A stretch of 64,000 nt of DNA. Origin: Phyllobates terribilis (Eukaryota). Each line of letters starts with the position of its first letter. Positions within the stretch are counted from its first letter, which is position 1. The stretch is taken from the NCBI RefSeq assembly GCF_046119375.1, contig NW_027362769.1, positions 132,680,001-132,744,000 of the forward strand, read 5' to 3'. Positions 49,928 through 61,500 of this stretch are shown here, in pieces. The notes under the pieces are model-generated. The model saw only the letters and a program-made list of their open reading frames with translations. It was not told the origin of the DNA and searched no databases. Position numbers and translations under genes: made by a program.

Positions 49928-52003
49928 CTATATACCAAGTGACAGACAGCAATAGGCTGAGGACGCACAAGGGGTGTGACCCACAGCAGGTACAAAAGGC
50001 AGGAAGTGATCGGGCGCCGCCCTTAAGCAGCAGAAACAGACACAAACAGACAGCATGGAGGGAAGCCAGAGAGACATTCTGGACAGGAGATCAAGTGCGC
50101 CCTCTTGCACAGTGGGAGATGGACCACCATGCAAGGACGCCGCCAGGTATGTTACAGTACCTCCCCCCTTACGCCCCCTCTTCTTCAGGCCTGCCAGAAT
50201 CTTCCGCAGGGAATTCGAGGGCCAGTCGTTCACTGGGTTGGAGGGGGACAGAGACTTAAGGGTAATCTCTGCTTCGAGGTACATCTTGTCAAGCTCACAG
50301 GAAGAAATAGACGGGTTATCACGTACATAATGAGGAAAAGTCACTGTCTCTTTGTTATCTGGTGGTATCCCGGAGGATTCAGGAAACAACTGGAGGTCCT
50401 CCGCCGGGTCAGAAGAGTGCAGAGGCTCAGAGAAAACAACTGCTTCAGAGTACACTAGGTCGGACTCACTGGAGGAAGCAGGCGAGGTATCGGGTACCGA
50501 GTATAGGAAAGTCTCTGTCCATTCACCACCAGGTGGCACCCCGAAGGGTTCTGGAGACAGCTGGCGGTCCTCCGCCTGGTCAGAGGGGTGTAGAGACTCA
50601 CGGGTAACCTCTGCTTCAGAGTACACTAGGTCGGACTCACTGGAGGAAGCAGGCGAGGTATCGGGTACCGAGTATAGGAAAGTCTCTGTCCATTCACCAC
50701 CAGGTGGCACCCCGAAGGGTTCTGGAGACAGCTGGCGGTCCTCCGCCTGGTCAGAGGGGTGTAGAGACTCACGGGTAACCTCTGCTTCAGAGTACACTAG
50801 GTCGGACTCACTGGACGAAGCAAGCGAGGTATCAGATCCAGGATATAGGAAAGTCTCTGTCCATTCACCACCAGGTGGCACCCCGAAGGATTCTGAACAC
50901 AACTGGAGGTCCTCCGCCTGGTCGGAGGGGTGTAGAGACTCAGGAGTAACCTCTGCTTCGGAGTACACTAAGTTGGACTCACTGGACGAAGCGAGCGAGG
51001 TATCAGGTACAGAGTATAGGAGAGTATCTGTCCTTTCGCTACCAGGTAGCACCCCGAAGGGTTCAGGAGACAACTGGAGATCCTCCGCCTGGTCGGAGGG
51101 GTGTAGAGACTCGGAGGTAACTACCACTTTGGGGTACCCATTGTCAGGCTCACAGGACGAAGCGGACAAAGTATTGAGTACCGGGTGTAGAGAAGTCTCT
51201 CTCCATTTGTCATCGAGTGGTATCCCGGAGGGTTCAGGAGGCAACAGGGGATCCTCCGCCAGGTAGTAGAGGTGCACAGACTCTGAGGTAACCACAGCTT
51301 TGGAGCATCCTTGGACATGCACACCGGTTAAAGAGAAAGAAGCATCTGATGCCGGGTGCAGGAAGTTCTCCTGTGTGGAGTCTGGATGGGCAGAAGTCTC
51401 TTCGGCCAGGAGAACTGGTGCACTACCCACGCACATTACCCATTGGGGTTTCTCCGGGATACAGGGAGATGAAGCTTCAGTAGGGACTCCAAGGCTGGGG
51501 TCAGGAGGTCTCAGGGAGGACAGACCCTGGCGTGACGGCTTGCCTCTAAGTCTAGCACGTCTGGACTGCCTCTTGAGGTTGAGAGAAGTATTCCGGAAAG
51601 CGTAGTCACCCTGTGAGGATTCTGGGTGGGCAGTAGTCTCATTGGGCTGGAGGACTATTGCGCTACCCACACACATTACCCGTCGGGGCTGCTCCGGGAT
51701 ATTGGGAAGTGAAGCTTCAGCAGGGGCTTCAGAGTTAGGGTCCTCGAAGACCATACAAAAGGCCACCAGGAAGGCCTGCAGGTCAAGGATGACAGGATCC
51801 CATGCTTCCCATAGGGGGGTGACCCATTTCAAGGCATCACCCGCTAGGTAGTCAATCATAAAGGCCACTTTAGCCCAATCGGAAGGAAAATAGAGAGGGT
51901 AGGCCTTAAAGTGTAGCATGCATTGCTCCACAAATGCACGACACTGTCTTGGATCCCCATAGTAACGTGGCGGATCCGCAGGAACGAGGGCTGATAGATC
52001 CAT
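49928..52003 (-). CDS. 691-aa protein: Ty3 gag N-terminal capsid domain (RTL1/LDOC1-like) followed by acidic Ser/Glu/Pro-rich 57-aa repeats; reads 229 nt into the 3' LTR
   Basis: The first 90 aa or so (PPRYYGDPRQCRAFVEQCMLHF...KVAFMIDYLAGDALKWVTPLWE..DP...LQAFLVAFCMVFEDP) align by eye with gag at 41174. The ORF is uninterrupted over 2076 nt. Confidence 0.8.
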   Translation of the reverse strand: MDLSALVPADPPRYYGDPRQCRAFVEQCMLHFKAYPLYFPSDWAKVAFMIDYLAGDALKWVTPLWEAWDPVILDLQAFLVAFCMVFEDPNSEAPAEASLPNIPEQPRRVMCVGSAIVLQPNETTAHPESSQGDYAFRNTSLNLKRQSRRARLRGKPSRQGLSSLRPPDPSLGVPTEASSPCIPEKPQWVMCVGSAPVLLAEETSAHPDSTQENFLHPASDASFSLTGVHVQGCSKAVVTSESVHLYYLAEDPLLPPEPSGIPLDDKWRETSLHPVLNTLSASSCEPDNGYPKVVVTSESLHPSDQAEDLQLSPEPFGVLPGSERTDTLLYSVPDTSLASSSESNLVYSEAEVTPESLHPSDQAEDLQLCSESFGVPPGGEWTETFLYPGSDTSLASSSESDLVYSEAEVTRESLHPSDQAEDRQLSPEPFGVPPGGEWTETFLYSVPDTSPASSSESDLVYSEAEVTRESLHPSDQAEDRQLSPEPFGVPPGGEWTETFLYSVPDTSPASSSESDLVYSEAVVFSEPLHSSDPAEDLQLFPESSGIPPDNKETVTFPHYVRDNPSISSCELDKMYLEAEITLKSLSPSNPVNDWPSNSLRKILAGLKKRGRKGGGTVTYLAASLHGGPSPTVQEGALDLLSRMSLWLPSMLSVCVCFCCLRAAPDHFLPFVPAVGHTPCASSAYCCLSLGI
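50230..51310 (-). repeat. 171-bp (57-aa) coding tandem repeat, 6 full copies plus 1 partial
   Basis: Period measured from CGGACTCAC at 50461 and 50632; the two central copies are identical and outer copies diverge. Bounds approximate. Confidence 0.92.
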
Positions 52004-52135
52004 CTGGACGGGTGCGTAATTCGCCTGGAACTCAGCTAAAGGGGGAAAAAAAAATTATTTATTTTATTTTAATGCATGTATTCGCTGGAAAAACTTCTCA
52101 AAGAGCGAAAGCCGTGGGGCTCAACGGGAACCATG

Positions 52136-52145
52136 GCCTGAGCAT
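52136..52145 (-). promoter_or_regulatory. Self-priming-type PBS (ATGCTCAGGC)
   Basis: Complementary to minus-strand GCCTGAGCAT at 53206-53197, 30 nt after the start of TATATA (53236-53231). Confidence 0.8.
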
Positions 52146-53458
52146 GCTGTTATGCACACGCCCGGGCTAAGCGGCGTGTGCGTGTGATTGGTAGTGATTC
52201 CACTGGACCATGCCGGAGAGTGAATGCCTGGAGGGGCGTGACTAAGTATTCACCCGATCCGACCAGGGTCGCACGACGGCATACGACGCCAGTGCACCAA
52301 GGAGGAACCGAGCAGAGGGACCAGGTGCTACTCCAGGACAGACCCCGGACACGGCTGTTGACCCACACAGGGAAATACAGGAACAGGCTGGTAGGCTGGC
52401 ACACAGACTGGAGGGTATAGGCAGGCACGACTGGTATGCAGGCAGGCGGGTATGCAGGCAGGGGGGTAAAGGCAAGCACAGCTAGAGTGCAGACAGGGAG
52501 GCACTAGCAGGTAGGAACACAGGCGGGATAGGACCCAGTACACACCGGGACTCAGGAACAATACAGGCAGAGGGTTACAGGCAAGCACAGCTAGAGTGCA
52601 GACAAGGCTGAGCAGGGAGGACAGGGCTCTGTTCACACGGAACAGACAGGAAGGGAAAGACAGAGCCAGATACTCACACAGTACTTGCAGAGACAACAAG
52701 CAGGAGTTAGGTACGAGTTCAGACTCTGCAGAAAAAGGAAGGGAACGGACATAGAGGCAAAACAGGTAAAGGACAGGAGAGAGTTCAGACTGGAACTGAG
52801 TGTACGGAGGAGACCGACACTGCAGAGGGATACAGGAGCGGGTCTGGGAATACGGCCCCCAGAGAGGCGGAACGAACAGGCAAGGAGCGTGTTCAGACAG
52901 GACAGACCAGACACAGGAGCGGGTCTAGGAAATCGGCCACTAGAAGGCGAAAGGAACAGGCTAGGAGCGTGTTCAGACAGGACAGACAAGAGAACACAGA
53001 AAGGAGTCAGTTCAGACACGGGAGCTGATACCGCAAAGCAGGAGACATACAGGACTCAGTTCAGACACGGGAGCTGATACCGCAAAGCAGGAGACATACA
53101 GGACTCAGTTCAGACACGGGAACTGATACAAAAAGCAGGAGACAAGAGACGGGACCTGGCACCTTCAGAGTGCAAGCACACACTGAAGGAAACACTATGC
53201 TCAGGCAGGGATAGAAGGGAGCTGCTGAGCTATATACCAAGTGACAGACAGCAATAGGCTGAGGACGCACAAGGGGTGTGACCCACAGCAGGTACAAAAG
53301 GCAGGAAGTGATCGGGCGCCGCCCTTAAGCAGCAGAAACAGACACAAACAGACAGCATGGAGGGAAGCCAGAGAGACATTCTGGACAGGAGATCAAGTGC
53401 GCCCTCTTGCACAGTGGGAGATGGACCACCATGCAAGGACGCCGCCAGGTATGTTACA

Positions 53459-55093
53459 ATGCCTATCATTCTTTCCCATGATCCGCCCATATGGGAAGCG
53501 TGAGGAGGGTTGAAGACCCATGAACAGCCATTGTTTGCCAAGAAATCCTGGGCTGCAGTTGCATCTAATTGTAGTTCTCGACAGGCACCTACAAAGTTTG
53601 TTCCACAATCAGACCTTATTTGCTTGACTGGTCCTCATATGGCGAGGAATCGTCTTAAGGCATTGATAAAACTGGAGAAATCCATTGATTCTATTACTTT
53701 TATGTGTATTGTTCGTACACTCATGCATGTGAACAACACTGCCCAACGTTTACTTTGGGCATGTCCGCCTCTGGTCCTACGTGCAGTGACTTCCCAAGGG
53801 CCAAAAACGTCCAAACCAATATAGGTAAACGGTGGTTCTGTGCTTGTCCTGTCAGCAGGCAAATCAGACATCTGTTGCTGTTGCAGTTTTCCTCTTGCCT
53901 TGCGACACTGAACACAAAGATGAATTAAATGGGAAACTTGTCTCTTTGCTCCCACAATCGAGAGGCCTGCAACTCTTAAGGCACCTTCAGTGAAGTGTCT
54001 GCCTTGATGTTTGACCTTTTCATGGTAATGTCGTATTAGCAGAGTGGTGATGTGGTGATGGCCAGGAATGATTAGAGGATTCTTTTCTGCCTCCTCCAAC
54101 TTGGCTTTGTTTAAACGACCACCGACTCTCAGTAAACCCTTCTTGTCAATTACGGGATTTAAGTCGACAATAGGGCTGTTTTTAAGGACATCTTGCTTTT
54201 TAAGTATACATTCCATTTCCTTGTGAAAAACATTCTGCTGCACATTATGTATCACAAACAGTTCACTCAGAGCAATGTCTTCTGCAGAGAGAGGCTTATG
54301 ACAGATGTGCCAACCGCGACACTCAGCGTTACTGTCCTTATTGCAGTAGCATTGTGCGATGTGGACTAACCTTGCAATAGCACGAACAAGCCTTATCCAT
54401 CTGGAGAAGCAATCAAATAGCCGACAGTCCAAGCCATCCTTTTCCTTGGAATTGGTGATGAGGGTACTGATGTCAGGATGGATCTCTGGGTCAACGTCTG
54501 GATCCTGAAGACTGAAGCTGTCTTCAACGGCAGTCTCTTCACATTGGCCGCAAAGGAACTCCGGTCCTGTTAACTAAGAAGAGTTTGCAAAGGCACCAAC
54601 AGACACTGGCCTAGTAGCAAGGTCAGCAGGGTTAAGATGGGATGGAACATACTGCCATTGCTCAGGTTTAGAGGATTTCCTGATCCTTTCAACGCGGTTA
54701 CTGACATAGACATAGAAGCGTTTTGTCTGGTTGTATATGTAGCCCAGAACATCCTTGCAGTCTGTGTAGAATCTTGTGTCATCCACATGAATAGCTAGTT
54801 CACTCTGTATGAAGTCTGCAATCTCGATGGCTAGTACAGCCCCACAGAGCTCAAGTCTGGGTATGGTATGCTCAGGTTTAGGAGCCAATTTAACCTTTCC
54901 AAATAGAAATCCAACATGGGCTTCATTGTTAGAGTCTATAACCTTCAAATAGGCAACAGCTGCAATGGCTTCAGTAGAGGCGTCAGAGAATGTATGGATC
55001 TCTTTCCCTTGACTCGTAGCAAGAGATGCTGGAGTGTAACAACGTGGTATGTGGATTTTATCTAAGGCACAAAGAGATTCCCTCCATGACTTC
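53459..55093 (-). pseudogene. pol: BEL pol, RNase H (Pao peptidase A17 region), zinc finger and integrase core
   Basis: HTFSDASTEAIAAVAY..KVKLAP....IPRLELCGA; HYHEKVKHQG..CVQC; IGLDVFGP; HMGGSWERMIG. Confidence 0.92.
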
Positions 55094-56229
55094 TGTGGCA
55101 CCCTGCTGCGCACTGTTGCCACAGATCCCAGAGGAGTGCATGGATGGAATTCTCCCCAGTGACCTCACTACATGCAGACATCTCCACCCAAGTCCACTAG
55201 ATGGAGCCCTGTCAGGTATATAAATACTGGGGGGTGGAGTTCAGGAAGTCAGTCAGTGGGAAGCAGACAGTGTGACACCATGCTGCAGCTCCAGACAAGC
55301 TGAAGTCTGTGTGGCTGAAGGCCAGGCTAGGCCCAAGCTGCGGGCTAGTCTGGCCAGTGAGAACCTGGAGCGGGCTAGAAGGCAAGTGAGAGTTCCTGTC
55401 AGGCACAGACAGGGACAGAACTCAGAGAGTCTGCTCAGGGAGTCTGCATGAGAGAGTCTGCAGACTGAGGAGAAGAAGGAGAAACGCATAGAGGGCAGAG
55501 GAGCATAACAGGCTCACCCCGAACCATATACCGGATACCGGGTCCGCGCCTACAGGGATCTTTATGACCAGTAGGAACAACCGGAATCCCTGGAGAACTA
55601 CAAGTTCCAGGTTAACCAACCGCTGACCACAGCAACAGGGTTAGGTACCACTAAGGCTCCAGCGACCAGGAATAGTGGGAACCAGGAGAAAACCCTACCG
55701 CCAGGTCAGTAGGTACAAGAAGGAAGCAGTAAGCAAGCCAGGCAGGCCCGAAGCTTAGAGAGTAAAAGACACAGATCAGGAGGCCTTACACCCGCTCACT
55801 GGGGAGAGTCCAGAAATGTACCCTTCGCCCTGAGTGCCTTGGACTGTACCTGCATCACCACCAGTAAAGGTATTGAAGTTTACCCTTGTGTGTGTGCCTG
55901 TACTTCCTCTGGGACCGTCCTGCCGTCTCCCTCCTGCTTCCACCATCTTTCTACACCTCTACACTGCCCTGAGGCCTGCTCCCCCTGTGGGGAGCCGTCC
56001 CATCATAGCTGCCCCTAACATCAGCCTCAGTGGACTGTCGCAGTGCTGGTAACCTCTTACCAGAATCCACAGGTGGCGTCACAAATTATTCTAAAACCCC
56101 TATAAATATAATTATTCCCCATTTCACTGACCGCCCTGGGTCACGGACCGGGCCAGCCACCGTGATATCCCCCGGCAACCAGAGGCCCGGCTGCCGAGTA
56201 CTCCCACGGCCCAAGGGGCGCGTCAGCTT

Positions 56230-56247
56230 TGGCGTCACAAACAGGAT
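56230..56247 (+). promoter_or_regulatory. PBS TGGCGTCACAAACAGGAT (probably tRNA-Ser(CGA))
   Basis: 4 nt after the 5' LTR; identical to the PBS of the element at 8309-15401. Confidence 0.78.
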
Positions 56248-56608
56248 TTCGTGCCCGCTGCAACGACGGAGTATTGTGCCCGTTGCCACCGCCTACTGTG
56301 CGCCTTTAATAAGAACTGTGTGTTTAACTATGGCGAAGATCGCCGCCATTACTGTGTTGCCGCACGGGAAGAAGGGCGTAACCGCGGGAAACTGAGGCAT
56401 ACTTGCTGAAGCGCGCTAAGCCCAGGACACGCCCCTTGCCGCAACGACGAACCAGGAAGCGCAAGGTCCTGGAAGGAGTCCAGTGAGCGCCCTGACGTCA
56501 GACGCAAGCGACGCAAGGTCCTGAAAGAAGACCGTCGCCTGCGGAGTTGCGGCCTACCGGAAGAAAAGTAAAGAAGGTAGGCCACGGTTCACTAGAGGGG
56601 GCGCAACG

Positions 56609-56869
56609 ATGTCCGAAGCCCAGCAGAACGCCGCGGCCCTCGACAACGCCCCCGCAGGAGTCTCTTCGTCCGGTGCTGCTCAGGCAGGAGCAGTCGCCGC
56701 ACCAGCAGGAGCTGTGGCACGGATGGTGCCCATGGCTCTACAGCATGCCGTAAATGTTCAGAGGGTGAGGGAACTGTTGGAACAGGACACCCTGACTGAA
56801 CGGGAGGATGACCAGGACGGGTCACCCACCTCCCATAACCAGGCTCAGCCCAGGACGGGGCGCCCTTGA
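56609..56869 (+). CDS. Short Ala-rich ORF (86 aa) at the position where gag would begin; possibly a truncated gag remnant
   Basis: The only sense ORF with a real ATG near the expected gag position; no recognisable domain. Confidence 0.3.
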   Translation: MSEAQQNAAALDNAPAGVSSSGAAQAGAVAAPAGAVARMVPMALQHAVNVQRVRELLEQDTLTEREDDQDGSPTSHNQAQPRTGRP

Positions 56870-58589
56870 GCTACTAGTTCCCCGGTAGCTCTCATGTAAC
56901 CTGAACTTGGAGTCCGTGAACTATGAGCGGTCCCACCATTGAACGTAGTTTGCACCTCCTGAGGTGCCCCCTGGTGGTTTTCACAAGACCACCACCACAA
57001 AAACCTTCTTGGCGTGGCCAAACCAGTGGTCCTACAACAGTCCTGCAGCCCGCCCAGGACCTTCGTTGGGGGTTTGGAGCAGGTCACCCACAAGCCAGCT
57101 TACTCGGATGAGAGGGACACACCCGAGGAGGGATCTAATCAAAACTGGTCATTGCAGAACGTAAAGTTGTGTTGCTGCTAATGTGCGTGTGCAGCCCACA
57201 AACTGTTTCCTTGTACATAATTGCACTCCCTGGAGTGCCTCTAAAGCTACCTATGCAGTGAAATGGACACCCTGTTAGGGGACTCACTGACATGTGCTCC
57301 AAAACTTTAACTGTTGTATATATGTGTATTATTTATTATGTTTTTGCAACGTTCAAGAGATGTGCCTCCCATAAAGGGAAGAAATGTTATTGTTTAACCT
57401 GTTTTTGAAAAATGCTTCAGTCCAGGAGTACTGAGTTTTACTAGGGGGGAATGTGGCGCCCTGCTGCGCAGTGGTACCACAGATCCCAGAGGGGTGCATG
57501 GATGGAATTCTCCCCAGTGGCCTCACTACATGCAGACATCTCCACCCAAGTCCACTAGATGGAGCCCTGTCAGGTATATAAATACTGGGGGGTGGAGTTC
57601 AGGAAGTCAGTCAGTGGGAAGCAGACAGTGTGACACCATGCTGCAGCTCCAGACAAGCTGAAGTCTGTGTGGCTGAAGGCCAGGCTAGGCCCAAGCTGCG
57701 GGCTAGTCTGGCCAGTGAGAGCCTGGAATGGGCTAGAAGGGAAGTGAGAGTTCCTGTCAGGCACAGACAGGGATAGAACTCAGAGAGTCTGCTCAGGGAG
57801 TCTGCATGAGAGAGTCTGCAGACTGAGGAGAAGAAGGAGAAACGCATAGGGGGCAGAGGAGCATAACAGGCTCACCCTGAACCATATACCGGACACCGGG
57901 TCCGCGCCTACAGGGATCTTTATGACCAGTATGAACAACCGGAATCCCTGGAGAACTACAAGTTCCTGGTTAACCAACCGCTGACCACAGCAACAGGGTT
58001 AGGTACCACTAAGGCTCCAGCGACCAGGAATAGTGGGAACCAGGAGAAAACACTACCGCCAGGTCAGTAGGTACAAGAAGGAAGCAGTAAGCAAGCCAGG
58101 CCTAGCTCCAGGCAGGTCCGAAGCTTAGAGAGTAAAAGACACAGATCAGGAGGCCTTACACCCGCTCACTGGGGAGAGTCCAGAAATGTACCCTTCGCCC
58201 TGAGTGCCTTGGACTGTACCTGCATCACCACCAGTAAAGGTATTGAAGTTTACCCTTGTGTGTGTGCCTGTACTTCCTCTGGGACTGTCCTGCCGTCTCC
58301 CTCCTGCTTCCACCATCTTTCTACACCTCTACACTGCCCTGAGGCCTGCTCCACCTGTGGGGAGCCGTCCCATCATAGCTGCCCCTAACATCAGCCTCAG
58401 TGGACTGTCGCAGCGCTGGTAACCTCTTATCAGAATCCACAGGTCACGAATTATTCTAAAACCCCTATAAATATAATTATTCCCCATTTCACTGACCGCC
58501 CTGGGTCACGGACCAGGCCAGCCACCGTGATATCCCCCGGCAACCAGAGGCCCGGCTGCCGAGTACTCCCACTGCCCAGGGGCGCGTCA

Positions 58590-61500
58590 CTTCCACTTTA
58601 GTTGTTTGTCAGCAGGGAGTGGTACGTCCCAGTCCTTAATAGACTCTGAGAGTTGCTTTAACAGAAGCTTGCCTTGTATAGTCAGGGGTGCAGCAAACCC
58701 GAGTGGATCGTATAGACTGTTCACCACTGACAGAACCCCACGCTTAGTAAATGTTTTTTCTGTACCAGTAACCTGAAAGCTGAAGGAGTCCTTTAACAAG
58801 TTCCATCTCAAGCCCAGACTTCTCTGTACTGGTGGGTTGTCTGAACCTAGATTCAAGTCTCTGAATTCTGAAGCATGATCATTAGAGTGAAAAGCCTTCA
58901 TGGCAACAGCACTGTTGGAGGCAATTTTATGCAATCTTAAGTGAGCTTTAGAAAGCATACCTTGTGTCCATTTGAGCAGATCTATGGCTTCTTCCGCTGT
59001 GGGCAGGGATTTGAGACCGTCGTCCACATAGAAGTCCTTTTCAACGAACTGTTGGGCGTCCTTCCCGAATTCTGCTTCACCATCAGAGGCGGTCCTACGT
59101 AGGCCGTATGTGCAACTGCAGGAGAAGGGCTGTTTCCAAACACGTGCACCTTCATGCGGTATTCAACCACTTCCTTGCTGGTGTCGTTGTCTCGGTGCCA
59201 TAGAAAACAGAGATAGCTTCTATGGTCTTGTCCCACGATGAAACAATGGAACATTTGTTCAATGTCAGCAGTAATGGCGACTGGCTCTTTTCTGAATCTC
59301 ATGAGCGCTCCCACCAGGTTATTAGTCATGTTGGGACCAGTGAGGAGAACATCGTTCAGAGATACACCATCATGTTTGGCGCTTGAATCGAACACCACTC
59401 TGATTTGTTTAGGCTTTCTTGGATGGTATACTCCAAAGGAAGGTAGATACCAGCATTCTTCATTGGCTTGCAAGGGTGGAGCTGGCTCTGCGTGGTCATT
59501 GCGAAATATCTTCTCCATAAAGGCTACAAAATGGTCCTTCATTTCAGGCTTATTTCTCAATGTTCTCTGCAGTGAGGTGAACATAAGGCCTGTTCTCGGT
59601 TGTTAGGAAGCATGGCCCTTGTACCCTTGAAGGGTAAGGGAGCGACCCAATGGTCAGATTCGTTCTTGAAGAATCCACTGTCCATTATTTTATTAAATTC
59701 CTTGTCTTCTATGGATAAGGCGACCTTGTTGTCATCTTGTATTGTGCGAAACACTGTTCTCCCTAAGTCGTCACCATAGGGAGTGGGAATGATGTCAGGC
59801 TCTTGGATGAAGTCAGAGAACCTTTTTTTCACTTTGTAGTAATGAGAGCATGGTTTGAAGTGAGTTGTGCGACCATTTTGAAGTACATACGTTTTAAAGG
59901 AGTTGACTTCGGATGCCTTGTGACTCTTATCCAGACATACATTGCCCCCGATTACCCAGCCTAGATCAAGTCTTTGGGCGTATGGAGCATCATCTGGGCC
60001 ATTGCATTGTTGGCGCACCTTGTGGACCCTTAGAATGTCTCTCCCCAGTACGATTAGATTATCAGCATTCGTGTCCCGAGGAGGAATTTTGTTAGTTAGG
60101 TGCCTCAAGTGGGGATGATGAAGCTTGGCTTCCGGAGTGGGAATTTCTTCCTTGTTATCAGGTATCTGGTCACATTTAATTAAAGTTGGCAAGGGTATGT
60201 GCACGTTCCTCTTGATTGAAGAGATAATGTACCCAGAAGCTCTCCTACCAGACGTCTCAATATGACCAGAACAGGTGTTGAGAGTGTACGGAGCCATTTG
60301 TCCTTTTATATTGAAGATCTCAAAGAGTTTTGACTTTGCTAGAGACCTGTTACTTTGCTCATCTTTTATGGCATACATTTTGGAGGCTTTGTCGGGTTGT
60401 CCTTCTGGATAGACCTTGACCAGACATACTTTAGCGCAGCATGTAGGAGCAGTCCCTTCTCCACATACTTCCATACATGAGGAGGAAACAGCAGTTGCAG
60501 CTGGGTCAGGAACTTGTGGCTCCCCGCCATGCTTTTGAGCAGGATTGGGTGCTGCAGAAGGGTTGTGAATTGTGTGGAGCTGGTGTGGGATGCATAGATG
60601 TAACGTGTTTGTCACTACTGCATTCGGTGCACTTAATGACAGCCTTACAGTCCTTAGCAAGGTGGTCTGAGGAGGCGCAACACTTGTAACACCCTAGCTC
60701 TTTGAGAATATCTCTGCATTCCTGCAAAGTTTTTGCCCTGAATCCACGGCATTCCTTAAGTGGGTGAGGTCTTTTGTGAATAGAGCACATACAGTTACTG
60801 TCCATAGCTTTAGGAGCAACAGCGTTTGTTTTGGTAAAAGAGGGTGCAGTAAGTGGAACATCAGTCTTTCTCACGGATACTGTGCTCCTTAACTCTCTAC
60901 GTTTGGTGATATTGTTATCATACCTTGTAGATGATGATAATGATAAAGCTGGTGGAGTAGGTTCAGTGAAGTCAAAGCTGGGATCATTCTTCTTCCGAAC
61001 TTGATCACTGACGAACCTGGAAAAATAGGAAAAGGGAGGAAAAGACACATTATGCTGTCCTTTATACTGTGAGCTGTGGTCTGCCCATTTATCCTGCATG
61101 CCTTTTGGCAACTTGAGAACTACTGGAGTCACGCCATGAGCAGTATCAACGTAGCTCAGTCCTGAAAGACGTGGGTCTAATTTTGCCAATTCTATTTCCT
61201 TTAGCTGGTCACTCAAGTCTTGCAGTTTTCGATTGTCCTTGTTAGTTATTTTTGGGAAGGCTTGCAGTTTCTTAAATAAGGCAGACTCTATGGCTTCTGA
61301 GCTGCCGTAGGTTTGCTCCAGTCTCTCCCATGCTGCAATAAGACCTGCATCTGAATAGTCCACATGAACTGCCCTTATTGTCTTGATGCGCTCCGCTGAT
61401 TCAGGACCTAACCAGTTGACAAGCAAATCTAGTTGTTCCTTGCCAGTGAGATTAAGGTCTTGGATTACTGCTTGAAAGGTCGATTTCCAGGCTCTATAAT

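Larger units (their letters stand above)
48846..53458 (-). mobile_element. Very young non-autonomous sushi-type LTR element with an intact single ORF
   Basis: 1311-bp LTRs (48846-50156, 52148-53458) with only 2 differences seen; 5-bp TSD ATGCC; PPT at 50161-50178; no RT, RH or IN. Confidence 0.95.
55094..58589 (+). mobile_element. Small non-autonomous LTR element related to the CSD element (long LTRs, 1.2-kb interior)
   Basis: LTRs 55094-56225 and 57452-58589 (about 26 substitutions plus 2 indels by eye); 4-bp TSD CTTC; PBS at 56230-56247 identical to 14127-14144; PPT at 57443-57451. Confidence 0.93.

Noticed and set aside
52030-52075. Splice-acceptor-like polypyrimidine tract plus AG upstream of the 691-aa ORF
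   Set aside because: No matching donor site was identified; it may simply be an AT-rich leader. RNA-seq is needed.
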